Shown here: in pieces, positions 1 through 10,985 of the stretch
Numbering within the stretch: position 1 is the stretch's first letter
Layout of the letters: each line of letters begins with the position of its first letter
Assembly: GCF_006345805.1 (NCBI RefSeq)
Contig: NW_021823612.1
Location: forward strand, 1 to 22,086
DNA: 22,086 bases
From: Octopus sinensis
Lineage: Eukaryota
Direction of reading: 5' to 3'
Position numbers and translations under genes: made by a program
Notes under the pieces: model-generated
The model's database searches: none
What the model saw: only the letters and a program-made list of their open reading frames with translations
Told to the model about the DNA's origin: nothing

Positions 1-256
1 TTTGTTTCTGTATTTGTCCCCCACCATCAGTTGAAACCGGTGTTGGTGTATTTATCCCCCGCCACCGATTCAAACCGGTGTGGGTGTGTTTACGTCCCTG
101 AAAACTAGTAGTTTGGAAAAAGTGAGTCCGATGGCATAAGTATCCGGCTTTTAAAAAAACAAGTACTAGTTTCGATTCATTCGACAAAAAATTCTACTAG
201 GCAGTGCCCCAGCATGGCCGCAGTCTAATGACTGAAAGAAAGAATAGATTAAAAGA
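1..256 (+). mobile_element. SINE family A, 3' half (cut by window start)
   Basis: GGTGTGTTTACGTCCC...AAGTACTAG...GGCAGTGCCCCAGCATGGCCGCAGTCTAATGACTGAAA plus an A-rich tail; matches the 3' half of the full copy at 1569-1979. Confidence 0.8.
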
Positions 257-518
257 TGTACTTCGCCCATAACGAACTCCAAAGATCGTTGTTTTTAACA
301 AAATCGTCACCGAAGCAGGTCAACGACTTCAGATTCTGTGTCTCGGACAGTGACAGCTGTGATTCAATGAAGAGCTCATTGTCTTTCGTTAACAATATGA
401 TCGCTATAAAAGATCCAAGCATTGCCAAGCCTGTTTCCGTAGCCTAGTGCCATATTCTAAATTCTCATGACCACCCAGCTTTCAACAAAACCTACATTTT
501 CATTTCCTTTATTGTCAT

Positions 519-631
519 AAACCCACGCACAAGGCTTTGGTTGGCCCGTGGTTATAGCAGAAAATACTTTCGCAAGTTGCCACGCAGTCGGATTGAACCC
601 GGAACCATGTAGTTGGGAAACATAATTCTTA
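519..631 (-). mobile_element. SINE family A, degenerate head fragment
   Basis: ACAAGGCTTTGGTTGGCCCG...GCCACGCAGTCGGATTGAACCCGGAACCATGT is the reverse complement of the head of 1569-1979. Confidence 0.75.
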
Positions 632-1309
632 TAGAAAATAGTTGTGTACGCAATTACATACAAAACTTTAAAAGCAATGAGGTACACACGACAGGGAAAC
701 GATGGGTTCGTACCAGTCATGTTCTCGGGTAGAAAGTCCCCAGTTACCCCTCTTCCTCTAAAATACGTTAACCTTGTATCTAAATCGAAAATTAACCAGA
801 ATTATTATTACATGTAAACAGAGCAACAACCTTTGAAAATATTTGCACTCATCTCGTTGTGATTCACATTTGGAAAAGCAGCAGCTAAAAGCAGAAATGA
901 AGATTAAGTACAACATATATCAGAAGATGAAGAAGAAGAAATCAGAATGGAATGCTTCTCCGAGTGAGTGAATTGCTTACCATTATGTGTACGTTAAATG
1001 GACCGAATGATCTTCTGTCGCTGTTGACACAGTTTGAGCTACAATTTATTCAAGATTTCTCAGCAGAGAGCGAAGCAAATTAAAAAAGCTCACAGCAAAG
1101 CACCGCATGATGTTCATTAAGAGAATATTATGCTCGGTATACGCTGTCACGATTTAGGATTATCTTTGGATGGTTGCCAATTTTTAATGACGACATCAAC
1201 GAAATTTATGCGGTAATATTTACTGATATTTGACGTTTGAATACAAAGTTAAAATTAATCGTCGTATGAAGAGACCAGTGGAAATTTCTATTTTGAGCTC
1301 CAGAACTCA

Positions 1310-1500
1310 TAGGGCTGATTACTCGGTTTCCATGGCATACAAGTGGCCGAAATCACAACATCGTCCCTGAACGGGATGCCATTCCGTCGCAGGGTTACTA
1401 ATTTTCAGCTCATTGAACTGGAGTAAAGTGAAATCATGTGTTTTACTCAACAACACAACGCAGCGTGTGGTTTACGAATGGAAACCACGTCCGGTTCACG
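1310..1500 (-). mobile_element. old CORE-like SINE remnant
   Basis: GGAGTAAAGTGAAATCATGTGTTTTACTCAACAACACAACGC resembles the antisense of a CORE-type SINE domain; a related motif occurs at 2717-2760. Confidence 0.45.
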
Positions 1501-1568
1501 AACAGAAACCACAATCTCTGCCCATTTGAGAACGTCAGAGTAAGTTTAGTTAATAATGATACAGAATA

Positions 1569-1979
1569 CAGCAGGAGTGGCTGTGTGGTAAGTAGCTTGC
1601 TTACCAACCACATGGTTCTGGGTTCAGTCCCACTGCGTGGCATCTTGGGCAAGTGTCTTCTACTATAGCCTCGGGCCAACCAAAGCCTTCTGAGTGGATT
1701 TGGTAGACGGAAACTGAAAAAAGCCCGTCGTATATATGTATGTATATATATATATGTGTGTGTGTATGTTTGTGTGCCTGCGTTTGTCCCCCTAGCATTG
1801 CTTGACAACCGATGCTGGTGTGTTTACGTCCCCGTCACTTAGCGGTTCGGCAAAAGAGACCGATAGAATAAGTACTGGGCTTACAAAGAATAAGTCCTGG
1901 GGTCGATTTGGTCGACTAAAGGCGGTGCTCCAGCATGGCCGCAGTCAAATGACTAAAACAAGTAAAAGAGTAAAAGAGT
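1569..1979 (+). mobile_element. SINE family A, full length (tRNA-derived; resembles the Octopus OK/OR SINE group)
   Basis: A-box-like TGGCTGTGTGGT and B-box-like GGTTCAGTCCC, CORE-like CTTGGGCAAGTG, internal (TA/TG)n, 3' GCATGGCCGCAGTCAAATGACT and a GTAAAAGA tandem tail. More than 10 related copies occur in the window. The family name needs a Repbase/Dfam comparison. Confidence 0.9.
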
Positions 1980-2041
1980 GTTACCTTGCTTTTGGCCCTG
2001 TATGACACATTTAGTACGATAACAAACGTAGAAAGAAAGTA

Positions 2042-2390
2042 CACCTTCTCTTCGACTTACGACCGTGTACCGTTCCTACTGACAGGTCGTAAGTCGATCT
2101 GGTCGTATGTCGGGTTTAGATTTTTCAACACTATTTTCATTCACGCAAAAGATGCTTGAAAACGACTGAGTGAAAGATATTGGCAGGCAGTAGATGCCTA
2201 GGTGTAAGGAAAATAGCCTGCGTTGCCAGATGCTGCCATAGTTATCGTACGCGCAGCTGCCCAACGTCCGAAAATCGATTCTGCATTTATTTATTTATAT
2301 TTGTTTGTTTATTTATTTATATGTTTATTTATTATGGTGGTAAGTGAGGATAGTCGTAAATAGCATCGCTCGTAAGTCGAGGAGAAGGTG
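2042..2390. mobile_element. pogo/Tigger-type MITE (349 bp)
   Basis: 21-bp TIRs CACCTTCTCTTCGACTTACGA (2042-2062) and TCGTAAGTCGAGGAGAAGGTG (2370-2390) with 1 mismatch; TA on both sides (2040-2041, 2391-2392); no transposase. Confidence 0.9.
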
Positions 2391-2559
2391 TATATAAAAT
2401 CTAATGTAAAAACTAGCATTGCTGGCATCGTTTTGCTGTAGGACAGTAGAACTTTTTACATTGAAGTTTCTCAAAGAATAAAAATACAAGAAGCTTCGAT
2501 GCTGTCTGTTAATGAATTACTTGGAATATTGAATTGATGGTAGTCTCCCGTGGTCTGAG

Positions 2560-2760
2560 AATGATAGTTCTTTGGTGTCCTGCTGGACGACCTACACAAA
2601 TGATTTGTTTATGGTGATCAAATGTCCGTGCGGCACTTTAGCTTGCTCTCTCCATCACATCGACGTTGTCTAAACAGGTGCATGGTGTGTCACGCGTCAG
2701 GTGTCGAAGTGATAGTAGAGCAAAGTGAGGTGAAGTGTTTTGCACAAAAATGCAAAGCTT
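2560..2760 (-). mobile_element. old CORE-like SINE remnant
   Basis: GTGATAGTAGAGCAAAGTGAGGTGAAGTGTTTTGCACAAAAA resembles an antisense CORE-type domain, similar to 1420-1460. Confidence 0.45.
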
Positions 2761-2834
2761 CTTTTTGGGGAGGAGGATTTCGTCAAATAATATCAAGGGA
2801 CTTCAGTGGGAAAATGATAAAGAGCAACAAACTA

Positions 2835-3012
2835 TCTTTTCAACTCTAGGCACAAGACCCGAAATTTTCGTGGGATGGGCCAGTCGATTAGATCGACCCC
2901 ACTACTAATTGGTACTTAATTTATCGACCCCGAAAGGATCACAGGCAAAATCGACTTAGAACGTAAAGACAAACGAAATACCGCTAAGCATTTCGCCTGA
3001 CGTGCTAACGTA
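2835..3012 (-). mobile_element. SINE family B, type-2 tail
   Basis: GGTACTTAATTTATCGACCCCGAAAGGAT...GAAATACCGCTAAGCATTTCGCC is the reverse complement of the family B body (see 8214-8448). Confidence 0.85.
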
Positions 3013-3021
3013 TCTGGACTG

Positions 3022-3265
3022 TCTGAGTCATTGGACTGCGGCCATGCTGGGGCACCACTGCGAAAAGTTTAATAGAACGAAATCACACCAATACTTGCGA
3101 ATTCGTTCTATTTACAGTTGTGAAAATAAGTGCTAGACACTTTCACCGATCGGCTAGGTTACAGGGACGTAAACAAAACAACACCGCTTGTCAAGTGGGA
3201 GGATGCGTAAAACACAAGCACTCGCTGCAAGATGTCTCGTGTAGTGGGACTGAACCCCAAAACCA
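3022..3265 (-). mobile_element. SINE family A, degenerate and deleted
   Basis: GACTGCGGCCATGCTGGGGCACC, GGGACGTAAACA and AGTGGGACTGAACCC motifs in family A order. Confidence 0.7.
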
Positions 3266-3412
3266 GGCGGATGCAAAACCACCCAGCACCATCATTTATT
3301 TACTTATTTATTTCATTTCCCTTTTACGTTTTTTTTTTTGTTCCTTCATTAGACTGCGGCCATGCTGGGGCACCGCCTTGAGGAATTTTACTCGTACGAA
3401 CCGACTGCAGCA

Positions 3413-3832
3413 CTTTACTCTTTTACACGTTTCAGTCATTTGACTGCGGCCATGCTGGAGCACCGCATTCAGTCGAAGAAATCGAGCTCAAGAATTATTC
3501 TTCGTAAGCCTAGTACTTATTCTATCGGTCCCTTAGGCCGAACCGACAATTTTCGGGGTCATAAACAAACCAACATCAGTTGTCAAGCGATGGTGGGGGG
3601 GGGTCAAACACAGACACAAAGACACACATAAATACACACACACACACACATACACACACACACACACACACACGACGGACTTCTTTCAGTTTCCGTCTAC
3701 CAAATCGACTCAGAAGGCTTTGGTCGGCCCGAGGCTACAATAGAAGACACTTGCCCACGGTGCCACGCAGTGGGACTGAACTCGGAACCATGTGGTTGGG
3801 AAGCAAGTCTCTTACCACACAGCCACGCCTGC
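3413..3832 (-). mobile_element. SINE family A, full length (extra 3'-end fragment at about 3343-3380)
   Basis: Colinear reverse complement of 1569-1979 with an internal (CA)n. Confidence 0.9.
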
Positions 3833-3844
3833 TCTTTTTTTTAT

Positions 3845-4127
3845 TACCTGGTACTTATTCTGTCGGTCATTTTTGCCGAACTACTAGAGTATGGTGATTA
3901 AAATACACCAACACATACACACACAAACCCACATATACACATACACACATACATACACACACATACGTGTATATGTATATATATTTCCGTCCACCAAATC
4001 CACTCACAAGGCTTAGGTCGGCTCGAAGCCAAAGTAAAAGGCTTTTTCCTAAGTTGCTACACGGTGGGACCGAACTCGGAACCATGTGGTTAAGAAGCAA
4101 ACTTCTTACCTCACAGACACGCCCATG
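3845..4127 (-). mobile_element. SINE family A, partial
   Basis: TTTCCGTCCACCAAATCCACTCACAAGGC...GGGACCGAACTCGGAACCATGTGG. Confidence 0.8.
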
Positions 4128-4582
4128 TGTTTTTTCGTGTGCAATAGTAACTTATTGAAGTTTAAACTGAGTCATCAAAATCGATTCCATTAAGCCGTGT
4201 GAAAGAAAATTAAGTGCTTCGCAAAGGTCGATTCACGATAAAATAATAGACGATATCTCTAAATGCTAAGAGCTTGCAAAGTTCAATTATTGATAAAAGA
4301 AAAATTCCTATCTATAAATGCCCTTACTATATCACTCTGGAATTAGGTTCTGATCTGTCGAAATGAAAATTAAATGCTGTTTAATTACCACCAATATATG
4401 CATTATTGCGAGTGATATCGGCGCCATTGTCATTATTTTTATCTCGAGTGTTGACATTGTATATCTGTAAAGTGATACTTAAACAATGCCCTCAGTGGAG
4501 TGAGGTACAGCTTTTTGCTGGGGCTGGGGATTGAAGGGCGAAGAGAGAGAGAAAGAGATAAAGGAAATAGATCGATCAATCG

Positions 4583-4783
<201 letters not shown>

Positions 4784-5944
4784 GAAGAAAATAGATTTAA
4801 GCCAAAGAAGATGAAAGATATGACCCACACAACCGCTAACAATATGTATGTGGGAAACTGCTGCAAAAATGAAAACTACGATAAGCTTTCGATCTTAACT
4901 TTACAAGGAGTGACTTTTGTTTTTTTTCTGTTTCTTTTTTGTTTTTTCGCTTTCTGTCTTTAGCCTAAAGACAGAATGAATAAAAAGGAAAGGGAAAAAG
5001 TCACAAATACAAACAGTATAATGCATAAACTCATACACACAGCACACAAAAGACACGCATACACATACTGAAGACGGAATGAGAAAAAAAGAGAGAAGGA
5101 AATAAGGAAATAAATTTAAAGAAAAAAGTTAAATAAAGGACACGAGTACAAACAGTATAGCAGGCAAACCCATAAAAAAAAGACAAACTATACAGACACG
5201 CACGTGCACGCACACACACGCACACACATATACACAAACAGATACAGTGACAAACACATGCGCAGATGACAAGGATGCACACCAAAGAAAGACAAAATGG
5301 ACTAAACAGGACGAGAGAAGACACGTGTGATGGCGAATCGATGTAGAGGTCACAATTTGGATGATGAATGGTTTCCAGACAATGGACATAAAGTATGAAC
5401 AGTAATAGAATAAATCTGATGTCAAGGACGTATATACAGTACGTTTGTTTACTTAGCCAAAAAAAAAACAACAAAAAATTACCATCCCCGAACAAAACAA
5501 TATATGTTTCAAGACGTGATTTCACATCAAGAATCTTGCAAAACAAACACATAAACGTTTATTGAGCTACGTTTTGACGTTCGAGCATGCATATGCATGT
5601 ATGCGTGTATATGTGAGTATGTGAAAGTGTGAAAGTGATGGGGTTCGTCTACGTCTACAGAGGAGTATACGATATTTATGTGTAGCTGTGTCTGTTTTAA
5701 ATCTGACTGTCTGCATAGCCGTATCTGACCTACTGAACGGCTTTTGTCCCCATTCAAAGTTTATGAAGATATACTGACATCCATCAAATTGTTATTAGTA
5801 ACAAGGCACAGATATTGAATATTATATGAATATGTATATAGACACACACACACACATGCACATACATTTATATGCATATATATATATATATATAGATATG
5901 CACACACACATACATATACGTGTATATATATATACACGCGCTGC

Positions 5945-6420
5945 TACTACACTTTCGTCCTTGCCAGCAAAAAGGTTCTTCGTTCGTCCCCTGTGTGGTT
6001 AATTTCCTGTTTAGTATTCTTGTTATTTTCTCGTTTTGTAACTAATTGTACTTTTTGTACATGTATTTTAATTTTTGCAGTTTTATTGTTTGTCTTGCCA
6101 GAAAAAAGGCTTTTCGTTCGTCCTCTTGTGTTGTTTTTGTACATGTATTTTAATTTTGCAGTCTATTGTTCGTCTGTTTGTGTTCGTACTCATTGTGCCC
6201 CGCTGCTTGAAATTTTATTTAATTCTCTCGCAGGAAGGCCTATGGATTAGTGTTCTGTATGCCTTCGAAACATGCCTGACTCCTCTAGCGACAGCTGATG
6301 ACGGGGGTTTGTCCTTGTGTAACGTGTCCTGTATTTGGTTTTCGTTTTCCGTTTTCTTGTTTTTTGTTTTTTGGCTTTTTCTGTTTCTACGTCTTATTGT
6401 GATGTCCTGTACTTCCGTAT
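5945..6420 (+). mobile_element. T-rich putative Penelope-like pseudo-LTR remnant with degenerate hammerhead motifs
   Basis: Lies between two (TA/CA)n arrays; contains a hairpin plus GAAACATG (6234-6274) and a CTGATGA hammerhead-like fold (6291-6332); no RT ORF. Confidence 0.4.
6291..6332 (+). ncRNA. degenerate minimal type I hammerhead ribozyme
   Basis: Stem I ACAG/CTGT, core CTGATGA (6295-6301), stem II CGGGGG-TTTG-TCCTTG, then GTAA-CGTG-TC. This is two changes from GAAACGCGTC, the form typical of Penelope-associated hammerheads. Confidence 0.5.
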
Positions 6421-6503
6421 AATATTTATATATGCATGTATATATACATGTAGATGTAGGTACGTACATATATGTTTGTATGTATGCATATTTTTATTTA
6501 TCT

Positions 6504-6504
<1 letters not shown>

Positions 6505-6536
<32 letters not shown>

Positions 6537-6565
6537 ATATCTATATATATATATATATATTATAT

Positions 6566-6596
<31 letters not shown>

Positions 6597-6600
6597 TATA
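6505..6600. repeat. (TA)n microsatellite
   Basis: Interrupted TA array. Confidence 0.95.
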
Positions 6601-6706
6601 TTTGCTTATATGGTTATCTGTGTCCGTGAGTATGTGTGTGTGTATATATATATATATGCTCCAGCATGGCCCCAGCCAGCTGAAACATAAAAAAGAATAA
6701 AAGAAT

Positions 6707-6756
<50 letters not shown>

Positions 6757-6757
6757 C

Positions 6758-7313
6758 CTCTTTCTCTTCTACTCTTTTACTTGTTTCAATCTGTGGCTAT
6801 GCTGGAGCACCGCCTTTAGTCGAACAAATCGACCCTAGGACTTATTCATTGTAAGCCTAATACTTATTGGAGGCGTAATGGCCCAGTGTTAGGGCAGCGG
6901 ACTCGCGGTCATAGGATCGCGGTTTCGATTCCCAGACGGGCGTTGTGAGTGTTATTGAGCGAAAACACCTAAAAGTTCCACGAGGCTCCGCAGGGGATGG
7001 TGGTGATCCCTGCTGTACTCTTTCACCACAAACTTTCCTCACTCTTACTTCCTGTTTCTGTTGTACCTGTATTTCAAGGGGCCGGCCTTGTCACTCTCTG
7101 TGTCACGCTGAATATCCCCGAGAACTACGTTAAGGGTGCACGTGTCTGTGGAGTGCTCAGCCACTTACACATTAATTTCACGAGCAGGCTGTTCCGTTGA
7201 ATTCGGATCAACCGGAACCCTCGTCGTCGTAACCGACGGAGTGCTTCCAATACTTATTCTATCGGTCTCTTTTGCCGAACCACGAAGTTACGGGGACGTA
7301 GACACACAAAGAT

Positions 7314-7364
<51 letters not shown>

Positions 7365-7530
7365 TATACATATATACGACGGGCTTCTTTCAGTTTCCGT
7401 CTACCAAATCCACTCTCAAGGCTTTGGTCGGCCCGAGGCTATAGTAGAAGACACTTGCCCAAGGTGCCACTCAGTGGGACTGAACTCGGAACCATGTGGT
7501 TCGTAAGCAAGTTACCACACAGCCACTCCT
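6758..7530 (-). mobile_element. SINE family A, full length, split by a family C insertion
   Basis: The 3' part (6758-6868) and the remainder (7249-7530) join into the family A consensus once 6869-7248 and one TSD copy are removed. Confidence 0.9.
6869..7248 (+). mobile_element. SINE family C, full length (tRNA-Arg-like head)
   Basis: A box TGGCCCAGTG, TCG in the anticodon-like loop (GGACTCGCGGTC), B box GTTTCGATTCC; perfect 10-bp TSD AATACTTATT at 6859-6868 and 7249-7258. Confidence 0.9.
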
Positions 7531-8125
7531 ATGTCTATATATACATGCGCTTACGCACACACACAGATACATACATACATACATACATACATACATACAT
7601 ACATACATACTTATATCCATACATATACATACACATGTTGCGTGTGCGTGTGTATGTGCGTGTGTGTGTATGCGTGTGTGTGTATGTATAACAGTAAGAC
7701 AATATAACCGAACACAAATGAAAAGTCTACAGGATCGCCCCATCGCCCTTCCTCACCCTTCGCTTTAGAAGTCACCCACCACCACCACCACCACCACCTC
7801 AGAAAAAAGAAGAAATGTAAAGAGAAGAAAAGAAAATATGATAACCGACGTCATTATCTTCTTAATCTGCCAGATATCCGATGACAGGAAAAACAGGTGG
7901 GCTGATAGCAGTAACAATTCTCAAGAATGCCATTGTTGGGTGCGTAAACGAAGCTCATGTTCCAAACGCTAATTGAGTCTTATTATCTCGAAGCACTTAT
8001 TCTTGCTAACGTTGGTCTGGTCTGGTCTGGTTAGGGCCGGAGCCAGGTTTGCCTCGGCTCGGCTTAGCTTGGCTTTGCTTAGCTTTGATTTCGTTTGTCC
8101 TTATGCTTTATTATTATCATCCTAT

Positions 8126-8473
8126 TTCTACTCTAGCCGCAAGGCCCGAAATGTTTTGGTGGAAGGGGCCAGTTGGATGGTCGACCGCAGTACGCAAGTG
8201 GTACTTAGTTTGTAGGGCGGCGAGCTGGTAGTAACGTTAGCACGCCGGACGAAATGCTCAGCGGTATTTCGTCTGCTGTTACGTTCTGATTTCAAATTCC
8301 GCCGAGGTCGACTTTGCCTTTCATCCTTTCGGGGTCGATTAGATAAGTACCAGTTACACACTGGGGTCGATGCAATCGACTTAATCCGTGTGTCTGTCCT
8401 TGTTTGTCCCCCTCTGTGTTTAGCCCCTTGTGGGTAGTAAAGAAATAGGTTTGTCGACCCTGAAAGGATGGCA
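8126..8473 (-). mobile_element. SINE family B fragment (type-2 tail), host of a nested opposite-strand copy
   Basis: GGTACTTAGTTTGT (to 8213) resumes as GTTTGTCGACCCTGAAAGGATG (8449-8469). Confidence 0.75.
8214..8448 (+). mobile_element. SINE family B, full length, type-1 tail
   Basis: GGCGGCGAGCTGG...TTCAAATTCCGCCGAGGTCGACTTTGCCTTTCATCCTTTCGGGGTCGAT...AAGTACCAG (Nin/Deu-like central domain)...TGTGGGTAGTAAAGAAATAG; GTTTGT duplicated at 8208-8213 and 8449-8454. Confidence 0.9.
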
Positions 8474-8617
8474 GGTATCCATTGATGAGGTTGCAGTTGC
8501 AACGAAAATTTTAGGTAAAAAAAGGTATAAATAATAAGAGTGGAAATCGAACCGGTGTGTGTGTTAAATATTAAGGCATTAAGGCAGTATGACTCTCCCC
8601 AGACACAGAGAAAGGAT

Positions 8618-9049
8618 TATTTCAAATTTTTGCCACAAGGGCAGCTTGGGGGGGGGGGCGGTGGGGATGAGTCAACTACATCGATCCCAGTGTTCAACTG
8701 GTACTTATTTTATTGACCTTGAAAGGACGAAAGACAAAGTCGAACTCGGTGGAATTTGAACTCAGAACGTAGCGATGGGCAAAATACTGCTAAGCATTTC
8801 ACCCAGCATGCTAACGATTCTGCCAGCTCGCCACCTTAGGTTTCAAATTTTGCCACAAGGGTATAAAATTTTGAGAGAGGGAATAAGTCATTTACATCGA
8901 CCCCAGTGTTTAACTGGTACTTATTTTATCGACCCCAAAAGGATGAACGGTAAAGTCGACCTCGGCGGAATTTGATATTGTAGCGACGGGCGAAATACCT
9001 CTCCACATGTCGTCCGGCGCGTTAGCGCACCCTGCTAGCTCACAGCCTT
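8618..9049 (-). mobile_element. two tandem SINE family B copies (about 8618-8838 and 8841-9049), type-2 tail
   Basis: Each starts TTCAAATTTT(T)GCCACAAGGG and contains CTGGTACTTATTTTAT(T/C)GACC...AAAGTCGA..TCGG.GGAATTTGA. Confidence 0.85.
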
Positions 9050-9999
9050 AGAATAAACAAAATAATCTTTTGGGGGTTTGTTCCCTTACGTTTGAATGAT
9101 TTTATTTTTATGTATATATATACCTTGTTTTAGCTTCCTACTTTACGTATTTCTTTCTACAACACTCGCAACTTTCCTCTTTCTCAACAACCACCTCCAC
9201 CATTACCACCGTCACCACCACGACCACCACCACCAAGAGAGACAACAGTTTTCAAGATCAAGTTAGGTTAGGCAATGTTACGCTGTACTGCTACTTATAC
9301 ACATACATAAACACTCATACACACATATAGATAGCCATATATTGACATAGGTGCACACACACACACAAAAGCATATATACGTATATATCTATATATGTGT
9401 GTGCGTTTGTTCGTTTGTGTATGTATATACAACGTGTCTATATATGAGTATATACGTATGTATACATACTCCTATATATAAATAAATAAATATATATAAT
9501 TATTATTATTAAAGAAATCCGGGATCTGGAATTATCCAGCAATATTTTTGCTTGTTTATTTTGTTTTTTTGTCTTTTCTCCTGGTGCTGTATGAACATTT
9601 AATGTGGTTTTAGAGTCAAGTTTTAGCTGCTATATCTAGCATGGTGGTATCGCTTAGATACCCTAATTTATAATTTTAATAATAATTATTACCTTTGAGG
9701 TTTTTATTCCCATGCTGGCCACCTGATAAGATCGGTATTTTAAATAACGAGTTTATCCTTATTCATATAAATTTATATATATATATATATAAATGTGTGT
9801 ATATAAGCATTTAAACATATGCGTATAAATATATATCATATCAGTTTATCACGGTATCGAACAGACTATCGCTGTTCACAATGCGGTTCGCATTGCATTG
9901 CTTTAGCTTTCGAATGGCGCCACCTCGCTGGTTAGGTGAGAAGGCCAATAAACACACACACACAGTTATATGTATATTCATATATATACATTTACATAG

Positions 10000-10340
<341 letters not shown>

Positions 10341-10524
10341 TACTGAGACACATGCGAATATTTCTGGAAACCAATTAATCTCAGAGAAAATTAGCTGTGA
10401 CCTTCATCAGCCGGGGCATTTCGTAATGAGCAGATTGTATTTACCCAAAATATCAGCATTTTTTTTCTCGAGCAAACTCAGTGAAACGTCATAGAATCGA
10501 ATGTATGTTTTTGTTTGAGGTTAT

Positions 10525-10725
10525 TCCACCACTGTTTGTAAACCGGCGATGGTTTGATCACATCGTTGCGCATAGCAGTCCAGCAAAAAGAGACTGATAA
10601 AATAAGTACCAAACTCAAAATAAATCACTGCAGTCGACTTCTTTCGGCGAAACCCTTGAAGTCGGCACCCCAGCTTGGCCTTAGTCAATGACTGAAACAG
10701 GGAACTGAATAACAGAATATAGAAT
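10525..10725 (+). mobile_element. SINE family A, degenerate 3' half
   Basis: GCAAAAAGAGACTGATAAAATAAGTACC...CCCCAGCTTGGCCTTAGTCAATGACTGAAAC. Confidence 0.75.
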
Positions 10726-10832
10726 AATATAGAGGCATGAGGGTTGCAACAAGGAGATATTATAGAACGACTTTCTTTAGACGAGCAATTACGACAACTT
10801 CGAAGTCCCAATTTACAAAGAAATTATATTAT

Positions 10833-10985
10833 CATTAGAATTAATGATTTCTTTTCCCTAATATATATTGTTAATTGATCTACCACATTAATCTTGTTGG
10901 CTACCCTAACACTTAACTGTGTACTCCCTAGGAAGATTATGTCCCTGGGTAAATCCCGCACTACTCGTTATATTACGGAGGGAGA
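10833..10985 (+). repeat. unclassified dispersed repeat X, copy 1
   Basis: ATTAGAATTAATGATTTCTTTTCCC...TAACTGTGT...GTCCCTGGGTAA...GTTATA is colinear with 12962-13090. Confidence 0.8.

Noticed and set aside
838-971. Lys/Glu-rich open stretch ending at a GTGAGT donor-like site
   Set aside because: No convincing in-frame acceptor and no recognisable protein similarity.
1438-2005. Recurring peptides such as RRHLPKVPRSGTE and FIDPERMKGKVDLGGI
   Set aside because: They recur because they are translations of SINE families A and B, not a gene family.
5068-5074. CTGAAGA hammerhead core (also 16259-16265)
   Set aside because: No stem II, GAAA and stem III arrangement follows.
5361-5419. Box C (ATGATGA) and box D (CTGA) snoRNA-like pair
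   Set aside because: Short, weak terminal stem and no guide complementary to an rRNA or snRNA that I recognise; expected by chance in AT-rich DNA.
6869-6940. Possible tRNA-Arg(TCG) gene
   Set aside because: No proper acceptor stem; it continues into a 380-bp body bounded by a TSD, so it is a SINE head.
8012-8095. Pentamer run (TCTGG/GCTTA-like) containing one TTAGGG
   Set aside because: Degenerate 5-nt low-complexity tract; a single TTAGGG does not indicate an interstitial telomere.
9917-9932. CTCF-like motifs (also about 11091-11103 and 14762-14775)
   Set aside because: Only the GGTGGCGC/GATGGCGC half matches well; not supportable without PWM scoring or ChIP data.
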